A stretch of 64,000 nucleotides of DNA from Candidatus Saccharimonadales bacterium (GCA_038317055.1 JBBQBA010000001.1:88153-152152), one strand, 5' to 3'. Counted from the stretch's first letter, positions 48,330-57,494 are shown. A program made the numbers and translations. Notes: generated by a model from the sequence alone, not told the origin.

Positions 48330-48761
48330 ATGAAGATAGATACTCTAACAAAACACGCAATAAAACATACGGTACATTGTTTAATCGGTTGTGGAATAGG
48401 TGAAATTCTTGGTATGCTAATAGCTTCGTTTCTCGGTTGGAATAGACTTGGAAGAATTTCACTAGCTACCATTTTAGCTTTTATATGTGGATATTCACTG
48501 ACCTATTATGGTGTAAGAAAGCAGGTTAAAACATCAAAAGAGGCAATAAAGTTAACTGTTGCTACCGATACGGTATCAATAACAACTATGGAGCTTGTAG
48601 ATAATACAATAGAACTTATTATTCCCAATGCTCTCCTTGTATCAGCTACTCAATTTCGGTTCTGGTGGGGTCTAGCTCTTTCACTTTCCATAGCATTTAT
48701 TATTACTGTACCTGTTAATAGATATATGATGAGCAGAAATTCTCAAAAACACCAACATTAG
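48330..48761 (+). CDS. DUF4396-like membrane protein
   Basis: 143 aa with 4 TM helices. The N-terminal HTVHCLIGCGIGEILG motif is characteristic of DUF4396. Confidence 0.55.
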   Translation: MKIDTLTKHAIKHTVHCLIGCGIGEILGMLIASFLGWNRLGRISLATILAFICGYSLTYYGVRKQVKTSKEAIKLTVATDTVSITTMELVDNTIELIIPNALLVSATQFRFWWGLALSLSIAFIITVPVNRYMMSRNSQKHQH

Positions 48762-48849
48762 TGTCAGTATTGTAAAAGATTCGAAAGTAAACTAAACATA
48801 TCAGTGGTTGATAAATTACAGATACTATTAATTAGTTTTGCCAAGGTGA

Positions 48850-48863
48850 GTAAAAGTTTACAC
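48850..48863. repeat. Palindromic motif copy 2: GTAAA-AG-TTTAC(AC), in a convergent spacer
   Basis: Exact 14-mer match. The flanks (ccaaggtga upstream, ttatc.ct.at...ttagtta downstream) resemble those of copy 3. Confidence 0.7.
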
Positions 48864-48964
48864 TTTATCTCTATAAAGCGGATTAGTTAATCGAAAGCTA
48901 TAAATCTAACTACAATATAGTATTTTCCCAATTCTTTAATCGCAAGTACTATGTTATATCAGTT

Positions 48965-49561
48965 TTAGTTAAGATTCTTAATAGAGTTATCTTGGTTGAA
49001 ACATTGAACTGGTCCGCCGTTTGCTGGTGCCTTAAAAGCCGCTATTACTAGGTCTGTTGGAACTTTATTATTTGTAAGGTCATCACAACTTAACAGAAAT
49101 TGGGTTCTAGATATGTACTTCCAAGTACCGTTTAATTTAACAACTAAGTTAACCGAACCCCCGTCGCATCCAGCTCGAGCTATTACAAAAGTACCGTTTT
49201 CTGTAAATATTGGTTTATCAACAGTAACACCTTGGCTCGGAGAGTTTTGATTACAGTCACTTGTGGGTGATGTCACGTAACCTGGTGCTGAATTATCCCA
49301 AGCTACAAGAACTGCTTTCTGTATATCTGTTGGTGTAGAACTCCAAGAACTATAAGTTACAACACCATTTACTGTGGCTGTTGGTGTAGTAGTCGCTGGT
49401 TTAGTAACGGTCTTTGTAACAGTTACAGCAGCTACAGGAGCAGCCTTATGATGATTCTTATAAACCATCCATCCTACAACTCCAATAAGACCAACTATAA
49501 CTATTACCATCACTAACTCAACAGCAGAGAAGCCATCGTCATTATTCTTTAGTTTTAACAT
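48965..49561 (-). CDS. Type IV pilin-like protein (prepilin-type N-terminal cleavage/methylation signal)
   Basis: 198 aa. MLKLKNNDDG|FSAVELVMVIVIVGLIGVVGWMV has Gly at -1, Phe at +1, Glu at +5 and a hydrophobic helix. The C-terminal domain contains Cys pairs. Confidence 0.65.
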   Translation of the reverse strand: MLKLKNNDDGFSAVELVMVIVIVGLIGVVGWMVYKNHHKAAPVAAVTVTKTVTKPATTTPTATVNGVVTYSSWSSTPTDIQKAVLVAWDNSAPGYVTSPTSDCNQNSPSQGVTVDKPIFTENGTFVIARAGCDGGSVNLVVKLNGTWKYISRTQFLLSCDDLTNNKVPTDLVIAAFKAPANGGPVQCFNQDNSIKNLN

Positions 49562-49678
49562 CGTGAGATTTCCTATATTAGATATTTAGTTTAAGCATAA
49601 GCTCTGTTATTAATAATAGCAATAAAAATGACCTCAAAATACTAAGGTAAAAGTGCTAATCCTTGGTGAAACATGTGG

Positions 49679-49693
49679 GTAAAAGTTTACACC
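49679..49693. repeat. Palindromic motif copy 3: GTAAA-AG-TTTAC(ACC), ~118 nt upstream of the pilin-like gene start
   Basis: Exact 15-mer shared with copy 1. Two further colinear blocks are shared with copy 1: AAAATATTG at +44/45 and AGTTACACT at +97/98. Confidence 0.7.
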
Positions 49694-49797
49694 TTATCAC
49701 TGATGAGTTAGTTAGGTGGAGGAAAATATTGTAGAATCCATATCAGGAATACCCGCAACTCAACAAAGAAATGGAAGTTACACTTAGCTAAATAAGA

Positions 49798-51006
49798 TTA
49801 TCTTGTGATGCTAGCAAGATATTCAGAAGCTTGTTGTTTACGATTAAAAATAACAATATCTTTATCCATGGATGTTGCCTTTTCAATAACAGCTTTTTTT
49901 CTAGGTGGAAATACTTTAAATATATAAGGAATAAAATAAGGAAGGTTTAATTCTGTACTATTGCTTCCAAGTCTTTGCTCTTTATCAGACTGAATTCGTC
50001 TATGTCGAGCTAAATGGGATAAGATTGTTGCAAACCTAGTGAAATCGAATGCAAAAACAATATCAGCTCTTTCGATTCTATATTCAGGATCTTTCGTAAA
50101 AGCATTACCGTCTATTACCCATTCTTCTTTGTCAGCCTCTTGATGTATATGGGCATTTATGTCTTCTCGATTATCTCGGCCAACTTGTTCCATCAGTTTA
50201 TCAAGGTGTATTACAGGAATATCAAATACCTCACCTAATCCTTCAGCAAAGGTACTTTTACCACTAGCTGTGTCTCCAAAAACCATAGCTCTCATTAAAA
50301 TATGATAACATAATAGCATGGTTTTTACAAGACTTATCCTCTGTAATAACTGAGTCATAGTCCTAATGCTTGGTGCCGCGGGCAATACGTGGCTAAAACC
50401 GTAGACATGTACATCTTCCCAGACGTTATCACAGCGTCCACAGGTGTATTTTAATGTTAAAACCTCATACTCGTTACTCTTGATATGGGTTAGTCTTTCG
50501 CTGTTGCATAAAGGGCAGCGTGTAGGTTCAACTATCCACTCCTCGCCGTCATCATAAAGGGCAGTCTTAGTTTTGCAGCCGTTGCAGCTAAACATGAATA
50601 GCACACGGTTATCTTTGCCTTTGCTGCCATGCCATAGGTCTTTACTAACAATTCTTAGGTCTAGGCTTGAACACTTACGGCATTTAGCTTTTGATGGCGG
50701 CTCAGCAGTAGCGAGTATATGTTCTTTGGTCTTATCCTCAACCATCATTTTCTCAATCCAAGCCTCTTTCTTATTGAAGCGTTCGGCGGCAGCAAAGAAC
50801 GCTGCCATTTCCTGCACAACATCAATCCATAGACCTTTAACTTCCTGCATCTTGGCGCTTTCTTCAGGAGTTAGTTTTGCGTCCTCAATGTCTTTGTCGG
50901 TCAATTTAAGCTTGAGGTGGTGCAAAAAACGACACTGTTCTACGGTGCTTTTGTCATAGATGTCTTCATAATACTCACGCAGTTTTAAATAGGTCATCAC
51001 GAACAA
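49798..51006 (-). CDS. Composite ORF: N-terminal helical + double zinc-ribbon region fused in frame to a complete P-loop kinase-like module (adenylate kinase / topology-modulation FlaR-like)
   Basis: 402 aa. Four CxxC pairs (CRKC, CNGC, CPLC, CGRC). From internal Met238 (nt 50295) MRAMVFGDTASGKSTFAEGL... reads like the N-terminus of a stand-alone ~166-aa P-loop kinase. The track start is TTG; an ATG lies at 50997. Confidence 0.55.
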   Translation of the reverse strand: MFVMTYLKLREYYEDIYDKSTVEQCRFLHHLKLKLTDKDIEDAKLTPEESAKMQEVKGLWIDVVQEMAAFFAAAERFNKKEAWIEKMMVEDKTKEHILATAEPPSKAKCRKCSSLDLRIVSKDLWHGSKGKDNRVLFMFSCNGCKTKTALYDDGEEWIVEPTRCPLCNSERLTHIKSNEYEVLTLKYTCGRCDNVWEDVHVYGFSHVLPAAPSIRTMTQLLQRISLVKTMLLCYHILMRAMVFGDTASGKSTFAEGLGEVFDIPVIHLDKLMEQVGRDNREDINAHIHQEADKEEWVIDGNAFTKDPEYRIERADIVFAFDFTRFATILSHLARHRRIQSDKEQRLGSNSTELNLPYFIPYIFKVFPPRKKAVIEKATSMDKDIVIFNRKQQASEYLASITR

Positions 51007-52491
51007 TTATAAATGGTCCAAGTACTTGTGAATCTTGACCATTGCTAGGGTATCAAGGCAGCAGTATTTCAATAAGTCTTCGTAAGTCTTATCTGCTTGC
51101 ACTTTATCTGCTACGCCTGTTACTGCGTCATACCAACGGATTGAGGCAACTAGTCCATTCTGTATCCCCATCTCTTTATAGGAGAACTCTGGTATTAGAA
51201 CTGGCAATACATACTTAATGGAACTACTACCTTTGAAGTTGTGGTGAACAAAATGCTGTTTACTGAATACGTCCATCAAATCAAAAATCCTGTCGTTCAC
51301 TCCATCTAAGAAATCTGCATATTCAGAGTACGCTTTACCCATTTCAGTATTGCGTCCTTTTTCAAATACTTTATACCAAACAATCACACTTCCTGTATCG
51401 CCAATATGCCCCTTTAGGCTCTCCAATAGTTCCGGCATTGGTGGATTCATGCTATCACACCCAAGATAATCAAAATGCTCTAGCTCGCCATTAGGTTCAT
51501 GTAGAACATGTAACGAATACTGGAAAGGTATCTGCTGAAATGGGGTGCAGCCGTTAAACATTGGCAATGCTGAAGAGACTGTTTCGTAATCTAGAAAGTA
51601 TAAAGGGTACTCAAGCTCACTCAACAGTTCTTTGATAGCTGGCTTGTTGATAATAGGCTCTCTACTCTTAGCTACTTTGACTTGATTCTGTTGTGCAGTG
51701 CTAAGTTTAATGTCATCTGGTACATCGTGGACATTGTGTATATCGTCATCTATAAGTAACGCTAGGCTCTTGCTACCAATACGAGAAATATTAAACACAG
51801 AGTATTCGGGTATATCTGGGTTCAAATAGTGAAATGTCGGACAGTGGCCAGATTTAGTTTTAAACCTACAACTACACTTCGTAGGCTCATCAGCCTGTTT
51901 TAGCATTTCAATAGCGTCGTAGGCTTGCTGACGTATAGTTGGCAGTATCTTCTCTACGTTTTCAGTTACATCGGTCTGTGTAAGTAAGTCTGCCGGTTCA
52001 ACAACTTTTCTACGAATGTAAGTTTTGTCTAAGTGTACAACGCTAACTTTACCAATTTTATAACCAGCGTCTTCAAATGCTACACGCTGAAATGCAAGGT
52101 CATAGATATGCTCTTTTTTGACGGAGTTAGTAGATTTTACCTCGTATAAAGTCCATGTTTGAGTAGCATCATCAAACTCAATAATATCCGCCATTGCGAG
52201 TAGTTCTTTGTCTGTGTAAACCGTTGCTTGAAAAATTGCTTTTGCACCGTTTTCTACAAGTATCTCTGTTTCGTTGCGAGCTTTTTTACCATGCGAATCA
52301 ACTAATACAGCACTTGGGAATAAGCCACGTGCGTAGCGTTCTACTTCATTACCTTGCTCTAATCTTCGGTTGATGGCTTCCTCATCATCAACTGGCACGA
52401 CTTCTTTTTTATACTTCCAAAGCCATAAATAACTTGGGCATATCTCGTACTTCAAAAAGTCCGACTTTGATAAGTAGACAGACTGGCTCAT
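51007..52491 (-). CDS. DUF2779-like protein: N-terminal PD-(D/E)XK (Cas4/RecB-like, Cys-cluster) nuclease fold plus C-terminal DnaQ/RNase H-like domain
   Basis: 494 aa. LSKSDFLKYEICPSYLWL..., DIIEF...LYEVKS, Cys cluster KCSCRF...HCP, then YFLDYETVSSALPMF...QQIPFQYSLHVL, which is typical of DUF2779. The start codon overlaps the res stop (TAATG). Confidence 0.65.
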   Translation of the reverse strand: MSQSVYLSKSDFLKYEICPSYLWLWKYKKEVVPVDDEEAINRRLEQGNEVERYARGLFPSAVLVDSHGKKARNETEILVENGAKAIFQATVYTDKELLAMADIIEFDDATQTWTLYEVKSTNSVKKEHIYDLAFQRVAFEDAGYKIGKVSVVHLDKTYIRRKVVEPADLLTQTDVTENVEKILPTIRQQAYDAIEMLKQADEPTKCSCRFKTKSGHCPTFHYLNPDIPEYSVFNISRIGSKSLALLIDDDIHNVHDVPDDIKLSTAQQNQVKVAKSREPIINKPAIKELLSELEYPLYFLDYETVSSALPMFNGCTPFQQIPFQYSLHVLHEPNGELEHFDYLGCDSMNPPMPELLESLKGHIGDTGSVIVWYKVFEKGRNTEMGKAYSEYADFLDGVNDRIFDLMDVFSKQHFVHHNFKGSSSIKYVLPVLIPEFSYKEMGIQNGLVASIRWYDAVTGVADKVQADKTYEDLLKYCCLDTLAMVKIHKYLDHL

Positions 52492-55181
52492 TACTTATCT
52501 CCGAATACTCTCACGACCTCATCAAAGCTATTTAGCCTGTCTTTATTCCACTCTTCCTGCTTGATGTAGAGAGCTTTGTATACCACTTTGCTTTGGCGGT
52601 CATTCACGTCTTCGCACCAGCTTTGTAGTCGTTTGAACTTGAGTTTATCGTCTTCTTCCTCGCGACCTTTTGTTTCAATTATGTAAACTGTTTTGCCATC
52701 TGTTTTTACAAAAAAGTCGGGGTAGTAGTTGGCAATGAAGCCCTCAGAGTTTTTATATTCAATCCTCAAAGCACTGGCTTCTTTGTTCTGGAAGTTCTTT
52801 GAAAATGATACAACATCGTCACAATCCTCAAGAAAGCCAGCAAAAATTAGCTCAAAGTCACTATCGCCAACTATTTTGTTAAAGACTGATTTCTTTGGGA
52901 TTACAAAGCCTTTATCATTTACTACGAATGGTCGGGACTCGCTTATTTTAATGTAGTTCTTTATCTCAGTATCGCCACTGTCTTGAACTGTTAGCTCATT
53001 GATTGCTTTTTTGAATGAGTCTTTGATTAGGTGTATATACTCCACTTCCGATAAGTTTCTGAGCATATTCAAATCAGATAACTCTACTACTTGGTCAAAC
53101 ATATATTGATGTACAAACTCCCGAACCTTCCCGAATAGAATGTCATAGCAACCAAACAGTCTTAACTCTCGCATGATTGCTTGTGCGAAAAAGCCAATTA
53201 CACTCTGATAGTCAGGGTTAATTTCACCATTCAGAACAGTTGTGTGGTGCGTGACTTCACCAACTACGTCTTTGAAAACAATTTCTCTTTTTTCTTGCTC
53301 AGTAAAAGTCTTGATGGTTACTTTTTTATTGCCGAATTTTGATACGTCTAGGCTGGCTAAGTTCTTGTATTCCCGTTGTATGCGTGGGGTCATTATAGGG
53401 ATTTCGATGTCTAATTTTTCAATATCCTTTTTGGGATTATCGTTATCCACTTCAACAACCATTGGTGCTATTGGTTTAGCCCCAATACCCATAGCTTTCT
53501 TTTCTAAGATGACGCCCTCACCCTTTATTGATTCAACAAACTCCATAAATGCTGGCGTACCAATTACACTTACATATTCAGCGACATCATCTCTACCAAA
53601 GAACATTCTCCGTAAGCCACGACCCAACGTCTGCTCTGGTAGAATCTTTGAATCCGAAGCGTAAGGTCTAAGCCCGACAATTGTGGTGACATTCTTTACG
53701 TCCCAGCCCTCTTTTAACATCATCACAGAAATAATAACTTTAAATGGACTTTCCCAGCTATCAATATCATTGGCTTGCTTGCGTAGAACCTCTAGGTCGT
53801 CTTTATTTTTGCCTGAAACGCTTTCAGAAATCTCACCACTTTTATTCGTATGAATAGTAAGCACTGAGTCTCGTAGGTCAGCAAAACTGGTCTTAATATA
53901 CTCGGCTACCTCGTCACAGTTTTTTGTGTCATCGGTCATAATAAACAAGATTGACTTTTTACCCATTGGCTTGAGAGCGTCATAAGTCTTTCGCCATTCT
54001 TCAATACCTAGATTGATAAAGTCACGATACTTTTCGCTAAACATTGAGCTTTGGTTTTCGTGAAGTTTGCCTCTGCTTGCTGCGTCAGGCACGACTGGGT
54101 TTTTTACAATCTTTTGATGTATTGCTTCTACTAGCGGATAGTCGGAAATGGTCTGAACAAAGATAGAGCCGTCTCGCTTCTTTGGCGTTGCAGTAACATC
54201 AAGTTGCAGTGATAACCCAGTCCCTTTTTGTTTTAACTGATTATCAATATCCTGTATGGACTTTGCCCAAGCTAACTTATCGTCCCATATATGGTGCGCC
54301 TCATCGTTTATCACAATCAATTCGTCAATATCTCTGACAATCATGCCTAGGTCTACTGTTGAATCGTTTGTTTTTGTAACGGGCTTATCCCCTAAGAAGT
54401 AGGTGGCAGAATCTTCATCGTCTGCACTTGCGTCCTTAACATCTGATTCAAATACACGATGAATGTTGGTAAGGAATATATTACCCGTGTCAGAAATGTT
54501 ATGGAGTTCATCTTGCAAATGAAGTGTTAGCTGGAAGTCATCTTGCCAGTTTTGTCCATGAAAGCCATTATCTGGCAATACGGGGTCTTGATGAAATATC
54601 TGTAGCCCCTCAAAGTCATTCTTGATACGCTCAAAAACAATGACGTTTGGAGTAATAAGTAGAAAATTTTTGGATAGTTTAGAGCCTTCTTCGTATTTTT
54701 TATGGAAGTAAGCCCATGCCAGAACTAGGCTCATTACTTTTGTCTTACCAGCACCAGTTGCCATTTTAATTACAAAACGCAACCATTCCTCGGTAAACAT
54801 TCCAGCACTTAAAACCCCTGTTGTGTTATAGCGTATGAGGTCGTACTTATCTTTTACTTTAGCAACTTCATACAGCCAAACAACAGTCTCCAATGCTTCG
54901 CGCTGTGCGAAATAGTACCTAAAATTATACGAACTACCGTCTGCGTTATACATCATGTGGTCTTCTTTGAACCACCAGTTGAGTAAAGCTACGGAAGTAG
55001 CACTCGCTCCCTCGTAATTTAGTAATCGCCATTCTTTAACCTTTTTACGCAAGTCAGCAACCAGTGGTGGCAAGAGCTTTTCATGACCTTTATCTCTAAT
55101 GTCTTCATCGGCAGGAAACCAACGAATGCTTGGGTCTAGAATGGTATAGGGGTCAGTGGGAAAGTCTTTATGGAGAGCCAT
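52491..55181 (-). CDS. res: Type III restriction enzyme Res subunit (SF2 DEAH helicase + C-terminal PD-(D/E)XK endonuclease)
   Basis: 896 aa. Walker A ATGAGKTKV, DEAH box VINDEAHHIW, motif VI QTLGRGLRR, and a C-terminal nuclease motif YYPDFFVKT...YIIETKG. Confidence 0.85.
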   Translation of the reverse strand: MALHKDFPTDPYTILDPSIRWFPADEDIRDKGHEKLLPPLVADLRKKVKEWRLLNYEGASATSVALLNWWFKEDHMMYNADGSSYNFRYYFAQREALETVVWLYEVAKVKDKYDLIRYNTTGVLSAGMFTEEWLRFVIKMATGAGKTKVMSLVLAWAYFHKKYEEGSKLSKNFLLITPNVIVFERIKNDFEGLQIFHQDPVLPDNGFHGQNWQDDFQLTLHLQDELHNISDTGNIFLTNIHRVFESDVKDASADDEDSATYFLGDKPVTKTNDSTVDLGMIVRDIDELIVINDEAHHIWDDKLAWAKSIQDIDNQLKQKGTGLSLQLDVTATPKKRDGSIFVQTISDYPLVEAIHQKIVKNPVVPDAASRGKLHENQSSMFSEKYRDFINLGIEEWRKTYDALKPMGKKSILFIMTDDTKNCDEVAEYIKTSFADLRDSVLTIHTNKSGEISESVSGKNKDDLEVLRKQANDIDSWESPFKVIISVMMLKEGWDVKNVTTIVGLRPYASDSKILPEQTLGRGLRRMFFGRDDVAEYVSVIGTPAFMEFVESIKGEGVILEKKAMGIGAKPIAPMVVEVDNDNPKKDIEKLDIEIPIMTPRIQREYKNLASLDVSKFGNKKVTIKTFTEQEKREIVFKDVVGEVTHHTTVLNGEINPDYQSVIGFFAQAIMRELRLFGCYDILFGKVREFVHQYMFDQVVELSDLNMLRNLSEVEYIHLIKDSFKKAINELTVQDSGDTEIKNYIKISESRPFVVNDKGFVIPKKSVFNKIVGDSDFELIFAGFLEDCDDVVSFSKNFQNKEASALRIEYKNSEGFIANYYPDFFVKTDGKTVYIIETKGREEEDDKLKFKRLQSWCEDVNDRQSKVVYKALYIKQEEWNKDRLNSFDEVVRVFGDK

Positions 55182-55182
55182 A

Positions 55183-57372
55183 CTATACTTCTACCTCAAT
55201 AACACGAGTCGTATCGTTGCCAAAAATATCCACTACTTTAATTGCTACTTTATATTTACCACGAGGTACTTCTTTCGCAGCCGAGGTAAGTTCCAATTCT
55301 CGGTTTTTCTTGGTTCTAAAACTTTGCCACTCATTATCAAAGATATAGTCTCCCGTCCAAACTTCTTTTTCTTCACCGTTCTCAGTGACTTTTATTATTT
55401 CTTTACGACTCGCAAAGTCAAAGTCTACTGCCCAATAATCAATCCAGTCACTCCATTTTTTTGTTAGAATTTCCTGCGAAATAATCCCGCTATCTTTATC
55501 TTTAGATACTTTGACTACCTGACCATTTTCTACTATTACCTTAGCGCCCCCCGCACGCAGTGCTTCGGCAATTTCACCAGAATCATCTTGATTATAGAAA
55601 ACTGAGAAGTCAGTCAACACAATAGAGATTTCTTTTTTGTTTACAGCACCTTTGACTGATGGCTTTGCTTCAATAAATGCGACATCGTAGAACTTTACGT
55701 GTCCACGTTCTACGGCCTTTTTATCAAATACTTCTCGTGGGATTATCTTAAATACAATATCAATACCTTGGCTGGCATACTCTTGAAAGTCCAAGCCCAT
55801 CTCATAATCAAAGCCTAGAATGTCTACCTTGGTTATACCCTTGTCTATGCATTCAGCAACAATGTCCTGAACTTGCTTTGAAGATACTGGCGTACTAATC
55901 GGACCGACAGCAACTAGCCTATCTCTTTTTTTTCCCACCATGTTCACAAACGACTCAATGGGTTCTGCTTTGTATGCTGTAATTATCATTTTTACAAACT
56001 GCTGCTCTTTTCTAGTAGCTTGCTGGGCCATTTCTTCTGTACGTAGGTTGTCATTAATGTTTAGGAAATTCTCTCGTTCATACCTACCCACGTTAAGTAT
56101 TTCAAATGCTCGGAAGTTTACGCCCTCCTTTTTCAACTTTCTTTGTATATCAATCATTCTTTTCCTTGATGTATGTACGCCGAACTTGCCTAAATCCGAA
56201 CCAATCCATTTTCTGTTAAGTTTCTCTGCTACAGCCATGGTTGTACCTGAACCGCAAAAGAAATCAGCAACAAGGTCGCCTTCGTTTGTCGAGCCCTTAA
56301 TAATTCTGGCTAAAAGCTCCTCTGGCTTTTGAGTAGGGTACTGTGAATGCTCATCAAAGTGGGACTTGAGTGGCGATATATCCGTCCACCAATCATTCAT
56401 CGGCGCACCGCCACCAGCGTTTCTATCTAGCCAGACCTCATCAAGGTCACGAACTCCTTTGAGGCCTGCAAATACCCCTGGGTTTGTCTCCTTAAGACTC
56501 CTATAAGTAATTTGACCATTTTCATCAAAATATTTAGAAAACCGTTCAATCGTACTATCGGCTAGACTTTTTCTCTGCACATTAAAAATTTTATTATTAG
56601 ACTTTTGGTATAAAAATATGACGTCATGTTTCCGTTTGAAGTAAGGCACAGCCCTTCCTCCAATATCTTCATAAGTCCAAATAATCTCATTTACAAAGTT
56701 ATCTTTCCCCAAAACCTCATCGAGCACTAGTCTCATATAGCCGCTCACTCGATAGTCGCAATGCACGTAAATACTTCCGTCGTCTGAAAGTAAAGTGTGC
56801 ATTAACTTCAGGCGTTCATAAATCATTGCAATAAAGCTGTCAGCGCCCTTGCCCCAAGTATCTCGGTAGGCTATCTCTTCGATGACAGACGGTTTCTTTG
56901 TAAATGTTTCTTCGTCGTTACCGTCACCGATTTTTAGTTGCATTGAAAAATCTGCACCAACATCAAAAGGCGGGTCAATGTAAATCAGCTTTAGACCGCC
57001 TTGTGCCTCTATCTCTTTGCGTAAAGGTCCATTCGCCAACGATGATAATATGAGTTTGTTATCTCCCCATATCAGCTTATTAGTCCAACCAGTTAGTTGC
57101 CTGCCACTATCATCAAAAAGTGAGCCTTGAGCGCCGAATTTTGCGTCACTACGTGGCTCATCAATCTGTTCAATAACCTGGAATGGTAGAACTGTATTTG
57201 TAACTTCGTTTGTCTTTCCATTCCATAACAATTCTACTTCTCTTGCGTCATCAAAAAGTATAAAACGATATTTTTCGGGTAGAGGTTTACCAGCTTCTAG
57301 GTATTTAATCACATCTCTTTTTTCATTATCGCTCAAAATCATGAGTTTATCATACCACTTGATGACCGACAC
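55183..57372 (-). CDS. mod: Site-specific DNA methyltransferase, beta-class N6A/N4C (Type III Mod-like), with ~350-aa C-terminal extension
   Basis: 729 aa. Motif IV IYIDPPFDVG precedes motif I DFFCGSGTT (beta-class order). The N-terminus ...LPEKYRFILFDD..VELLWNGK is typical of Mod-like enzymes. The stop lies 1 nt from the res start. Confidence 0.88.
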   Translation of the reverse strand: MSVIKWYDKLMILSDNEKRDVIKYLEAGKPLPEKYRFILFDDAREVELLWNGKTNEVTNTVLPFQVIEQIDEPRSDAKFGAQGSLFDDSGRQLTGWTNKLIWGDNKLILSSLANGPLRKEIEAQGGLKLIYIDPPFDVGADFSMQLKIGDGNDEETFTKKPSVIEEIAYRDTWGKGADSFIAMIYERLKLMHTLLSDDGSIYVHCDYRVSGYMRLVLDEVLGKDNFVNEIIWTYEDIGGRAVPYFKRKHDVIFLYQKSNNKIFNVQRKSLADSTIERFSKYFDENGQITYRSLKETNPGVFAGLKGVRDLDEVWLDRNAGGGAPMNDWWTDISPLKSHFDEHSQYPTQKPEELLARIIKGSTNEGDLVADFFCGSGTTMAVAEKLNRKWIGSDLGKFGVHTSRKRMIDIQRKLKKEGVNFRAFEILNVGRYERENFLNINDNLRTEEMAQQATRKEQQFVKMIITAYKAEPIESFVNMVGKKRDRLVAVGPISTPVSSKQVQDIVAECIDKGITKVDILGFDYEMGLDFQEYASQGIDIVFKIIPREVFDKKAVERGHVKFYDVAFIEAKPSVKGAVNKKEISIVLTDFSVFYNQDDSGEIAEALRAGGAKVIVENGQVVKVSKDKDSGIISQEILTKKWSDWIDYWAVDFDFASRKEIIKVTENGEEKEVWTGDYIFDNEWQSFRTKKNRELELTSAAKEVPRGKYKVAIKVVDIFGNDTTRVIEVEV

Positions 57373-57494
57373 CTCTCGGCATTTAAGCTCTTTTCGCCTT
57401 CATAAAGGCTTCTTTGACAGCTTTTAGTACTATTAGCACATATTATTCCACTACGGTCTATTCATTAGCTTAATAAGCGGTCATAATATTAAGC

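Noticed and set aside
50573-56332. Plus-strand ORFs inside the R-M operon (50573..50959, 52729..52956, 53242..53664, 55130..55467, 55940..56332)
   Set aside because: All are antisense to long ORFs carrying clear catalytic motifs, and their translations are Ser/Leu/Phe-rich shadow products.
49800-57400. Apparent GC enrichment of the R-M block as evidence for horizontal transfer
   Set aside because: My spot counts of 60-nt lines gave 37-57% inside the block. They also gave 43-47% in core genes (uvrA, obg) and 37-40% in the adjacent kinase and pilin genes. The ranges overlap, so no claim can be made without a proper sliding-window calculation.
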